Part shown: in pieces, positions 25,441-36,626 of the stretch
Numbering within the stretch: the stretch's first letter is position 1
Layout of the letters: every line of letters starts with the position of its first letter
Assembly: GCA_977020255.1 (NCBI GenBank)
Contig: CDROCS010002560.1
Coordinates: 558,001-622,000 of the forward strand
Source of the DNA: Obrimoposthia wandeli
Taxonomy: Eukaryota
DNA length: 64,000 nucleotides
Direction of reading: 5' to 3'
Program-made: the position numbers and the translations under genes
The notes under the pieces: generated by a model
Told to the model about the DNA's origin: nothing
Databases searched by the model: none
Seen by the model: only the letters and a program-made list of their open reading frames with translations

Positions 25441-26999
25441 TTCTCTTCTAGAAGCATCTAAATATTGTAAATTTTCTGAACATATCATTAATTTCCTGAA
25501 CACATCAATACTTTTAGAACATAATATAGAACATATAGTTGTTATTATGATAAACAATATCGATGTAAAATTGAAAAAGATAGAGATGTAATGATTAATA
25601 ATAATTAGAGTTTTGTATATACCTTGTATTTCTAGTAAGTATTCAGACATACATGCATACACACACCCAATAGTCTCTATGTTCTATTTTTTTTCTTGTT
25701 CTGTCAGCTTGTAAATTTTTGTAAGTATTCATACATACACACATATTACTATAGTCTAAGTTTAATATTCCCTGCTCAAGCAATCTACCAACAATCAGAA
25801 GACAGTCCAGTGGATTACTATACTCCAATTTCTCTCAGCTAAGTTTACTATGAGTTTGCTTGTTCAATCAATCTTCCACCAATCAGAATACACTCCAGTG
25901 GATTACTATTCTCCGTCCTTCTAGGTATGTTTACTATATTTGCTATACGTTGATTCTACCCCGTTGATATTTAGTATCTACTTTAGCTATAATTTTCTAA
26001 TGATAGTAATACATAACACTTTGTAAGCATGATAAAATCGATGAATACAAGCTATATTGATAAATTATTACGAATAACCTTAGTAGTCTTATGATATATA
26101 TATTCCAAGTTTCAATTCTACATTAGAAATATCAATATATTAATTGAGATTTAATATCTGTAATCAATAACATGGAGAATATTGATCTATTTTTAATTTC
26201 GGTTTAACATTTGAGATTACATAGTTTCTTTAGAAAACATTAGATGAGAAGAGAATATGAAGTTATGAAGAGATAAGATGAAGTGATGTCCACATTTTAG
26301 TAAATATATCTTGTTATGATATAGCAAAAATCACAAATACTTGTAACCATAACAAACATATATTTGAATTTTCGGGCATTGGAATTGATGCATTAAAACA
26401 AATTTTTTGATATGATGCCAGAAATCGTCTCCTCCCTAAAGCCAAGCGCCGGCTGGTCGCCGTAGTACTTTCTTTAGAAAAGTGGATGAATATGGGAATT
26501 GCTGCGATTTATTGCAGGAATTAGCCGTTGACACCCCGAAATCCCGGGACACTCTAGTTATGATGGTGATCAATGGTGTAAAAACTGGCGACTAACCCCT
26601 CGTCATGGTTTCGAACTGACGATTAACTGCCATTTATAATTAGACGTGCTTATGGTGAAAGGTCAACACATACATACGTGATTAAGCTTTACATACAAAC
26701 ATACACACCCGCATACATTCATGATTAAACTTTATTTTATATACGTCCAAGGGATGTCATCTGATGTATTTGTTAATCTACTAGTAATCAAATATGTTTA
26801 CATATACATACATACATACATTTAATTCTGTTTCCAAGTGTCAACATCTGTCTAATTATTCACACACACACATGTATGGGTGATGTAAGCAAATGGAAAA
26901 CATATTAGATGGAATTAACATAGCTTAATTTAGGTAAATAAATTTTGTAAATTTTTTATTACTTTGTTTTAAAAGAAATTGATTTTGAAATAATAAAGT

Positions 27000-27790
27000 T
27001 TTGAAGAAAATAAGTTTTTGAGGAAAATAGGTTTTTGAAGAAAATAAGTTTTTGAAGAAAATAAGTTTTTTGTAGAAAATAGGTTTTTGAAGAAAATAAG
27101 TTTTTGAAGAAAATAAGTTTTGATAAAAAAATTTCAGAAGCAAAAATTTTCATGTACAAAAGTTTTTGGTGAAAATGATGTACAAGTAATTTAAAAACTT
27201 TTTAATTTTGGCGCCAAAATGTTTTGAAAATTTAAACAAAAATTATTGAAAAAATAATTTTTAAACGTTTTGGAAATAATAAATTTTTGAAGGTTTTGAA
27301 CCCTTGAAGGTGTACCCTCGAAGGTCTAATGAAAGTCAGATCAATGCTATTAAATATATAACTTTGAAAAGTAGAAAAATACATTTTTGAAGGGTTTGGA
27401 CCCTTAAAGGTTAAGCCTCAAAGGTCTGAGTAAGTTTTGATCAAGCCTATTATATATAACTTTGAAAAGTAGAAAAATAAATTTTTGAAGGTTTGAACCC
27501 TTGAGGGTTCACTTTTGAAGGTTTTAGACCCTTTGAGAGAACCCTATTCGAGTAACCATATTAAAGAATAAGCTCAAAGTAGCAACTCGAAGAATCAGCA
27601 ATAATAAGTACCTTAAAAGAAGCAACTCAGAGAATTTCCTTAAAAGAAGCAACTCAAATAACTTCCTTAAAAGAAGCAACTCAAATAACTTCCTTAAAAG
27701 AAGCAACTCAGATAACATCCTTAAAAGAAGCAACTCAAATAACTTCCTTAAAAGAAGCAACTCAAATAACCTGCTCAAAGAAGATCCATC
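27000..27790. repeat. Tandem-repeat block present only in the right arm: ~17-bp AAAATAAGTTTTTGAAG array, ~100-bp units and 27-bp AAAAGAAGCAACTCAAATAACTTCCTT array
   Basis: Arrays at ~27000-27130, ~27280-27530 and ~27605-27775; absent at the corresponding left-arm position (~20664). Confidence 0.85.
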
Positions 27791-27932
27791 AAGAGTGAGT
27801 AACCATGTGCTCTTAGTCGTTGTCTTGAAAGACTCATGTCCTCAACATGTGAAAAGAAATAATTCACAAAGGGACAAAGCACGTCACGTGTACAAATATT
27901 GCAAATAAGTGTAATTATTTGTAATTATTTGT

Positions 27933-28006
27933 AAATCACACACTTACACAGATGTGATGAAAATGTCACGTGACATTTTCATCACATCTGTGTAAGTGTG
28001 TGATTT
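27933..28006. repeat. Perfect 74-bp palindrome within the right arm
   Basis: AAATCACACACTTACACAGATGTGATGAAAATGTCAC|GTGACATTTTCATCACATCTGTGTAAGTGTGTGATTT. Confidence 0.95.
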
Positions 28007-28999
28007 TCTCTTCCCTACTGTACACTTCAATACAAGGCAGAGATTTTCTCTGCCTTGTATTGGACTATGTGTGCGGTGAATGTAAACAGTTCTGCTGCTG
28101 AATTGGATTTAGCTGCAGTATTCAGGTAAATTTTTATTTTATTTATATTTTATGCTGCTGCTGCTCCCAATATCGAGTAAGGTTTATTTTTGTTGATTTA
28201 ATTTGATTATATATGTTTAGAAAACACAATAGAAGAGCAAATATATATTGATTATTGTCCTTCTATTGTGTTTTTTCAAACATTATTTGAATAATCATCT
28301 ATTTATAATTGATTAATAATAATCCTTTTAGATGATGTGGTTAGATGTCTATCTTTCATGACATGAGCTCATAGTGAGCACATGGGCTCATGAATCTTAT
28401 GATAACTTTGGGCTCATGGTGAGCACATGAGCTCATAATCTTGAAAATAACCTTGGGCTCATGGTGAGAACATGAGCTCATAACCTTGATGATAACTGTG
28501 GGCTCATGGTGAGCACATGAGCTCATAATCTTGAAAATAACCTTGGGCTCATAGTGAGCACATGAGCTCATAATCTTGAAAATAACCTTGGGCTCATAGT
28601 TAGCATATGAGCTCATGACCTAGACCTTGACCTCATGAGGACATGATCTAGATTTTTCCCATGACCTCATGAGGACATGCCCTTGAACTTATGAGGTCAT
28701 GACCTAGATTTTTCCCATGACCTCATGAGGTCATGACCCACATCTTGACCTCACCGTGACCTTAAGTTCACCTCAAAATTTTTGTCCTCAATTTGACCTG
28801 AACTTGTTCTCAGGGGGGGCTTTGTGCCAGAAGTGCCACATCTACTTACTGAACTTGATAATGTTTTTACTGAAGTTGCTAATTTGATTAGAAAAGGTAA
28901 TTCAAATGAAACCCAAGGAGGTAGTGGATTTAAACGTAAAAATAAGCAAAAAATCAATATAAACAAACGTAAGAAAGTTGAAGGAACAATATTTGCAAA

Positions 29000-30050
29000 A
29001 TGAGTTGCGCCAAAACCGAATTGTGTATTTTTGATAAACCACTTCCACAAGTAGTTGTAGATAATGCTTCCTTTGAAGAAATATTTCTAGTTAACTCTGT
29101 TTCAGGAACCACTTTAACCTATTTAGAATTTAATATTAATGGTTCCAATAGCGAGTATTTAGATTTGAAGGATACTTTGCTTTATGTTCAAATAAAAGTA
29201 TTAAATAGGGATGGTACTAATTTAGAGGAAAATGCAGATGTAACACCTGTAAATTATCTCTTTAATTCTTTATTTAGTGATGCCATTGTTACTCTTAATA
29301 ATGTCAAAATTGAAGGTGGAAATTCTTCCTATGCTCATAATGCTTTGATTGAAAGTATTTTGAATTATAGTACTGATACTCAAAATACTAATTTGGCAAC
29401 CATTGGTTATGATAAAACGGTTGCAACTCGCAAATAATGGATTGCAGGTTCTAAAGCTTACGAAATGTGTGGGTCTTTGAAATTGAATTTCTTTGAACAA
29501 CCGAAATATTTAATTCCCGGTGTTAATGTACATCTTCGTTTGAAACGCAATAAATGGAATTTTTCTTTGATAAGCACAGACGTTCTAGAACCTAAACTTG
29601 ATATTTTGGATGCAAAATTGTATGTCCGAAGAGTTAAAACCGAACAATCAGTTTTAATGGCATATAATATAGGAATGGAAAAAACAATGCTTGTTATCCT
29701 ATTAGAGAAACTAAACTTATATTCTATTCTTTAGGTACGTATACACAAGCTTTTAATAAGGATCAAATTTTTGGTGATGTAAGATTACCGAAATTCATTT
29801 TAATTTCTTTTCACAAAACTGCAAAGTTTCTAGGAAATTATACAACAGATGCAACTCAATTTGACAATCTTAATGTAGGTTCAGTGACACTTTCAAGAAA
29901 TACTGATTATCGCGAAACAAATAAAACAGATTTCGAAGGAAACGCTTATGCTTTCAAAGCAGCTTTAACACATCCTACTACGGTGCTTATATACGAAGTA
30001 TTTGATTCGGAAATACAAATCAATAAAAACAGAACTGTCATATTATAGAA
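29000..30050 (+). pseudogene. Polinton major capsid protein (double jelly-roll), decayed
   Basis: MSCAKTELCIFD..LEFNINGS..YLDLKDTLLYVQIK..NSLFSD..FFEQPKYLIPGVNVHLRLKRN..LYVRRVK..VLIYEVFDSEIQI; contains stops, frameshifts and an apparent internal deletion. Confidence 0.9.
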
Positions 30051-30149
30051 TGAAGTAAGATATTTTTAAAATTTATATTTATTAATTAATATATTATAGA
30101 ATGAAGTAAGATATTTTTAAAATTTATATTTATTAATTTTTATTTAGTT

Positions 30150-30475
30150 CAGTACAAGTACAAGAATCAGCAGAGAAGGTCCTGGTTGATAAATTCAATG
30201 GAGTTTATCCTATTGTTAATATTCCATTTTTTCAATCTGGAGGTTACATTATCAATACTCATACTTCGAATTTACCAGGAGAAGATTGGATAGCTATTTA
30301 TGTTAGAGAGTTGACAATACATCTATTTGATCCACTTGCAATGTATTATCCACACAAACTTGTTTCGACTATTCAAAAAGGACGAAGAAGAGTATTTTAC
30401 AACAAGATACAATATCAGGATCATGCGACGAGAAACTGTGGACATTTATGTATTTTATGGTTATCGTTTTAATGT
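30150..30475 (+). pseudogene. Polinton adenain-like cysteine protease
   Basis: YIINTHTSNLPGEDWIAIYV..FDPLA..QYQD..NCGHLC; the canonical catalytic His (G-E-H-W) reads D. Confidence 0.8.
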
Positions 30476-30696
30476 TTTATTTTGAATTATTTTTTAAATC
30501 CCTAAAAAAATATAAGGGTAAAATAATAAAAGACATAAGACGATTTTTTTAATACATTTATTAAACACAACATCACAACATCATAATAGCCCAACCTAAA
30601 AAAAGTATTGAAATAACAAAAAGTTAGAGTCCAAGGTACCATATGGATCTAAAATTTAAAAAAACTAAACAATAAAAATCAAAAAATGAAAACCGT

Positions 30697-32770
30697 TTAA
30701 ATTCGGAAGTGTCCATAAGCTAGGCTAGCGTTCTTTTCTACCCAAAAGCGCTTGTCGTCATTACTACTCAAATCGATTTTTGTTGATTTATGAGAATACA
30801 GTTGATGGGCTCTTGAAATAAATCTAGTTTGCTCAACGCTTTCAATACACCCAGTATCATAAACTTTCCGGTAGGCCTCATGTGTAAGATTGGTTCTTCC
30901 CACACCCTTTGCTCTCGTTGAACATGTATAATTAGATGCATATAAACTGTAGCATTTAGGGAGTAGGAAAATACAATCATCATACGAAACCTGTCCCTCG
31001 CTTTCATCCTTAAATTTCCTGATAATATCCTTTAAACTCATATAGTGTAGAGGATGGTTAGCGGAATATTTATAGGTATCTAATAAGTTGTCCCTAAACA
31101 TTACCGGTAATAATTGATTATCTAAACTAACATTTTTACATTCTAAAAAGAAAGAGTCAGTGTCCCCAGCTGCGATTTTGATCTCACAATTGAATTCTTG
31201 TTGATATTTCTCTAATTCTATGTATTGAAGCTCGTACATTCTGATTTTAGAAATGTCTAAAACCGTTTGACCCATATAACTCGGTCGATCGATACAAATA
31301 CTCTGTTTTCCTAATAACACTGCTACCAAGTCATCTGCAATTGTAAAACTAGGCTTGAAGTTGTACTTGCTAGTATATGTTATTAGTTTACGCTCATAAT
31401 TGCAAAATCGTAGACAAATACGTTTCCGCAAGTCCTCTACAGTTTTTCCAAAGAGACTATTACTTTTTAACTTGTAAAAATCTCGATCGAATTTGCTAGT
31501 GGCCAAATTACGTTTTCTTGAATTCTTCTCAATATAGTCTTTAAACACAAAGTTTTGACTGAAGCTTATAGCACGATGAATTCGAGTAACTTTCGCTCCC
31601 AACTTTAAGTAGAATTGAAGAAGCCGCCAATGCACAGCATAATTCAACTTGTCTTCATGTGTTAACAATAATTTCTTAACCTTTGAATAAGATGAGCATT
31701 GATGAACAGGCGCTACTGGAAGATCATCTAATTTATCATGCACATTGGAAGGGATTGTTAAGTCAAGGTCAACCAAATAGCCGACGTCTGATGAAACTGT
31801 ATCAACAGTAGCCAAATATGTCATCAACTAATTCAACTCTTCCTCATCATAAACCCACTTAAAGTTGGCATGAGGTAGAGGTTGAGTAAGCGCCCACCCA
31901 TACAAATTATTAATATCGATGTACAGAATCTCCGTGAATTGATTTTTGACAACATGATGTTTGTTGACAAAAGCCATTCCACTGAGTATACCATAATCAT
32001 ACATTTGATATATCGCGGGATCTTGCAGTAACTTGATATTAATTTTAAGAGTTTTTATTGCTGTTGCCCATGAAAGACCAGGTAAACTAAAGAAATTCAT
32101 GGGATCTAGTCCATATTCTGCTAAAGATTTTACACAAAAGGACTCAAAAACATCAGCTAAACAATAAATGTCTAACTTCATATAATAAAGCATATATTCT
32201 AGAAGATTTCTTTACCCCTTTTGCCAACACGCTATACAGAAAGCAAAAGTTATCACTGTTTTGTACGTTAACAATGGAACGTGAAAGTTGAAGAGATCTA
32301 GGTGAAGGAATGTATGAACTCCTTGAAAGATATATCATGTCAGTGAAGTTTGTTAGAACAAAGCTAAAATCGTGAATTCTAACAAGAGTCCATCCACTAC
32401 TTAACTCGCTATAATTAACAATTTTTTCATCTAGGTTTCTTCCAATTTCATTTACATAATTATCATAGAAAACAGTTGCTTTATGTGAAATTACCCAAGT
32501 TTTAACTCCTCATTGATATTTTTAAACTGCACTGTTGCGCAAAATTGAACCTTATCATGTCCTAATTTAGTCACTTCTGATTTTAAAAGACTTTCAATAT
32601 TTGAATCTACACCTACGTTTAATAAAATTGTATTTCCTAATGGCACCTTAACTATAACATATTTATTATTTAGGTGATACTCTACAGTAGCACCGTTTTC
32701 CCTACGTTTCTTTGGTGGGACCTTATTAAGAAATTGGCCTCGCCTCTTTCTTCCGTTTGTCGCTGACAAA
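30697..32770 (-). pseudogene. Protein-primed family B DNA polymerase (pPolB), internally deleted
   Basis: LDIYCLADVFE..YIDINNLYGWALTQPLP..KLKSNSLFGKT..AAGDTDSFF..PKCYS..DDKR; N-terminal QNSDNFCFLYSVLA is joined almost directly to the late exonuclease motif. Confidence 0.92.
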
Positions 32771-33262
32771 CCTGCCCCTAATTGAATGGGAAGACAACTA
32801 TTTATATTAACAGTTGATGCTGGTGCTGCTTATGTTGAGGCAATCGCAGCTGATGTAGACGGTGCTACTGTAGTAAGTCAAAAGACCCAAATTTGTAGAA
32901 AATACATTTGTTTATAACGAAAAAAAAACATTTATCAAAGAATTATTAAAATAACGAAGTACTCAGGATTCATTTTTCACGTTAAGATTGGTATATATTG
33001 TCAATTATCCTATGAATATTAAAATTAATTATATTAAATGTAAACATACCTAAATATTTCGAAATTAAATTACATATTTTATCTCCAACAATTTCCGGAG
33101 TATCATTTTTTGAGAAGTAATTTTTTTGTCATAATCTTCCATTAAATCTGGAGATAATTTAATGTATAATTTATTCCAATTTATTATATTATCCATTTTA
33201 CAAAAATACATTACATATAAAATTGTTTATATTTAATATGCTTATGTAAAATATTTAGACAA

Positions 33263-33616
33263 TTATGTAACATAAAAATAATCAAATAAGGACAAAGAAA
33301 AAATCATATTCAAAAATTTATTCCGGTTTATTCTGGAGGATTCTCTTTCTTGCAGCTCGCCACCAGTCCTCCATCTCTTCTCTTCTTTTTCATCCAGTTT
33401 CTTTTTTTCCAATTCAATTTTCTTATTCCTATCCAGGATCCGTTGTCGTTCTGCTAGCCGCCTGTCCTGAATCTCCACCCTACGATTCCACTCGGTCGCG
33501 ACAGCAGCGTAGAGATTCTGATTGAGGACCCTCTTTCTTAAATCCCCTTTCTTCTCATTTCTCCTGATATTTTCTTCTATCTTCGTCACGAGACTTTTCA
33601 TTTTAATAAATTCCAT
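33263..33616 (-). CDS. 117-aa charged, coiled-coil-like Polinton accessory ORF
   Basis: Open ORF rich in E/K/R inside the Polinton; no family recognised. Confidence 0.35.
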   Translation of the reverse strand: MEFIKMKSLVTKIEENIRRNEKKGDLRKRVLNQNLYAAVATEWNRRVEIQDRRLAERQRILDRNKKIELEKKKLDEKEEKRWRTGGELQERESSRINRNKFLNMIFSLSLFDYFYVT

Positions 33617-34039
33617 TTTTTTAATTATGAAGAGGTTAATAAATTTGAACTTAAATTTATTTATTTAAGATATTTTTAATCCAATCACATTCAATTAAAT
33701 GATATATTTTTATTTGTCAAACGAGAGTTTAATAAATCTATAACTAATCATTGTATTTCTTTATAAATTTTAAATGTTATCTATTTGAAAATAAAAAAAA
33801 TAATAAAAAATTTAAAAACATGTAGAATTATTCCTAATTAATCCAATCACATTCGATAAGTTAATTATTTTTTTCAACTTGATAATTTAATAAACTTAAA
33901 GATAGTATTTTAATATTACTAAATTTTTAAAGAAATTTTAAATTTTAAAAAAATTTATTTTTAATAAATATAAAGAAGAAAACGAAACACTAGAAATTAA
34001 TTTTATATATTATATTATTTTTAAAAAACTTCACAAAGT

Positions 34040-35620
34040 CATCATTGGGATCATCCTCATCGAAATCCCTCCGACTGCGTTTTATCGAAGTAAGCGGTAC
34101 TGGCTCCTTCTTATTTGGTCGGCCAGGTTTCTTTTTCGGCTTCACCGGTTGTTGTGCAGCAACATTTTGGGAGGAGGTGTGCAGCCTTCCTCTTCTGCAG
34201 AGCTTTCTTCAGTTTCTCCTCCTTCTCACGCTGAAGCTGACGTGATATGGCATCCTGCTGCTCTCGCGAATCTGGAAGCCTAGCCAGTTGTAGTGTATCC
34301 AGTTCCGCAAGGAATTCGTCCAATCCAGCTTCATCCCAGGCCCTCTTCAAGTTCTGGCTGGTTGTTGGACGAGGAGAAGCAGTCTCCCAAGCCCTGGCCA
34401 AATTTTGGGTGATGTTTAATAGAGCCCTTGTTGTCTTCTGCAGGCGTCGTTGACTGGGAGGCGGACTAATCTCGATCGGAGAGACTGGGATCCTCTCGTA
34501 CAGAATTGGCCCGTCGTCCACTGGAGATGGGAGAATCTCCTGCCGTACAATCACCGCCTCAGAAGAATTTCGAATTGTAGTGCAACATTTTCTCGAGCTC
34601 TTCGTCTTCTTCACCTCTGTTCGCTTCGTCCGTTTCTTGGGGAATGGAGTAATTTCTCCCCAAGTCTCCTCAATTATCCGGACGGGTTCCTGCAAAAAAC
34701 ATTGATAGAATTTTTAACTAAAAAAATATAATTAAATATTAAAAAATTTACCTCTATAATCGGATATATGGAAGTTTTTCCTGCCGCTCCATCAATACCT
34801 CGGTAAATTTGAGCAGACAATATGTCATCTTTTTAGGGCTCCTCATCTTCCGCACAGCAACCCGCTTCATTCGTCTCTGCGGGAAAGGAGAAATTTTCCC
34901 TCACGTCTTCTTAGTTAATTGTATTGGTTCCTGCAACAAAAAACATCAATAAAATTTAAACATATAAATAATTGACCTCAATGACAGGCAGTTTTGACCC
35001 GATGGCGTCGCGGTTTCTTAACCGCCGCTTGCTTCCTATTCACCGGTTGAATAGGCGGCGCCTCTTCGAGAAAGTTCTCCACCTATGTGAATTATTAAAT
35101 TTAATATCAAATTAAAATATAATTTACCTTAACATTATCTGGAGACGCTAGGTATTGGAGCTCACTCCTTGGCAGCTCCTGGCTGCATTGACTCGCCAAG
35201 TACTGCGGTTCTATGAGCCTCTCCGCCGTGGTCACTGACGGTGCCAAATCGAGTTGAAGTTTCAGAAAATGAAATTAAAAAACATTTTAAATAAATTAAT
35301 AGACTAACCTCATTCGTCGCCTTTATTCTCCTAACAGCACGTATCGGAGATTGTGGCCTTCTGAATGGTTCAGGCACCATATTGTCGGCTATCGGAGTTG
35401 GAGTAGCAGAGTGAGTGAGACCATCCCAATCGTCAGTGAACAGGTGCCACTCGTCCTCGTCCAATTCTGCCACCATCGAATCGTTGGCTCCTGAGGCTCC
35501 GATACTTGGATGTATCCATTCGTAGAACGCGAGAAAAAAAAATTGACCATGTATATATGTATTGATCTTCAGGCCACCGCTGGACCGAAGGCACGCGTTG
35601 ACCCTTAGGCACTTTCTCAC
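34040..35620 (-). pseudogene. Spliced Polinton accessory gene with four short AT-rich introns, decayed
   Basis: GT..AG introns at 35127-35083 (45 nt), 34976-34931 (46 nt) and 34751-34690 (62 nt). A fourth has donor GTTAGT at 35308 and an apparently mutated acceptor (~35262); splicing it keeps the frame open. Exons are GC-richer than the introns. Confidence 0.6.
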
Positions 35621-35830
35621 TCTTAGGGAGCACTATGAGATTTTCAATTTTAAAAGGTGTTAAATGGGGTTAATTAGTTTTTAGGGTGTTGGGCGGGTTG
35701 GGGAGGTAGAAAATTTCACTCCACACACACATACACGAAACGTCCCTCCACACACATACACGGTTTTAAAGGACAGTGGTAGCTCCCCGGGCGGGGGGAG
35801 GCTGTATTAGACCGGACACATCCCCCTACT

Positions 35831-36350
35831 AACCATCTAGCCGACTTAGCAGATAAGATCTACAATGTTAACAATACAGAACATGTTAGCGCAATAAACA
35901 TTCAGAAACAACAAATTCAACACCCAGAACCAGGCAATATACTAACCAGAATACTTGAAAATTTAAACGATAGTATACAAGCAAATAACTAATTACTACA
36001 ACAACTATTTATATTTACTAACAACAATAAAACACAAAACAACAACAATTTCGACAACAACTTAACTAATGAACACCGCCACAACCCAAGAGAAGATTCG
36101 AGAAACAACGCAAGAAACAATTCACCCCATTTCAGACCCAATCATACATATAACACAACACAATACCCCAAAAATAATTCACCACATTCCAGACACAACA
36201 AACAACCCACTCCAGAAATACATCACCATATTCCAATACAAACAACAATCACACAAGCAACACATACGAAAATGATATATTATGCTATTACCATAAAACA
36301 TAAGGATCCTGAGCATACAAACGCGAAAAACCATATGCATATTCAAAAAA
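35831..36350 (+). mobile_element. Ty3/Gypsy gag C-terminal remnant abutting the Polinton terminus
   Basis: Starts NHLADLADKIYNV directly after CTACT, continues N/Q/H-rich, and ends LCYYHKT*GS*AYKREKP (degenerate CxxH..G..A..C..PC gag motif). Confidence 0.6.
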
Positions 36351-36410
36351 AACATGAGACCAGGTACTTCTGCATCAAATTATGCTGGTCTAATCATCAT
36401 ATTCAAATTC

Positions 36411-36626
36411 AGTGTCGTTTCTAACTCATTGATTGAGAAGACTTTAACCCTTGACCCTTCTCTACCTAAGTCATGAGCTAATGAGCTATGAGTTGAACCC
36501 TTACCATCAAGGGTCAAAGTGAAAGTGTCTTGACCTTTGACCCCTGATGACAAGGGTTCAGCTCATAGTTCATTAACTCATGACTCAAGAGGGAGTCTGT
36601 TGAGCCAATGAGTTACAAACGACACT
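36411..36626. mobile_element. 216-bp fold-back MITE-like element
   Basis: TIRs AGTGTCGTTTCTAACTCATTG / CAATGAGTTACAAACGACACT with nested internal inverted repeats; no TSD seen. Confidence 0.65.

Larger units (their letters stand above)
19765..28850. mobile_element. Non-autonomous Polinton/Maverick-type element with very long terminal inverted repeats and 6-bp TSD GAACTT
   Basis: GAACTT at 19759-19764 and 28851-28856. Left end AGTAGGTAGATGTGGCACTTCTGGCACAAAGCCCC; the right end reverse-complements to AGTAAGTAGATGTGGCACTTCTGGCACAAAGCCCC. Arms 19765-22495 and 25964-28850 align in inverted orientation apart from three large indels. Confidence 0.9.
25964..28850 (-). repeat. Right inverted arm (extra segments ~26420-26665 and ~27000-27790)
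   Basis: Reverse-complement match to 19765-22495. Confidence 0.9.
19536..29003 (+). pseudogene. Small Polinton ORF (QQGG..YFVGKQYGSGW) split by the 9.1-kb insertion; halves 19536-19764 and 28857-29003
   Basis: Removing 19765-28856 restores an open frame HALDELDNVFTEVANLIRKG..QGGSGFKRK..IFAK*. Its TGA overlaps the major capsid ATG (ATGA at 29000-29003). Confidence 0.8.
16490..35830. mobile_element. Decayed Polinton/Maverick (outer element); left part truncated, right terminus retained
   Basis: Gene order is ATPase-small ORF-integrase-minor capsid-small ORF-major capsid-adenain on +, then pPolB and accessory genes on -. It ends in ...GGACACATCCCCCTACT at 35830 (AGTAG-type terminus). Confidence 0.9.

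Noticed and set aside
27524-28616. ORFs with KLFELLLLR and HEPKVIFKIMSS repeats
   Set aside because: They are translations of tandem repeats within the TIR and have no independent coding evidence.
36543-36580. CTGATGA as a possible fourth hammerhead
   Set aside because: No downstream GAAA core, no stem II and no GUH site.
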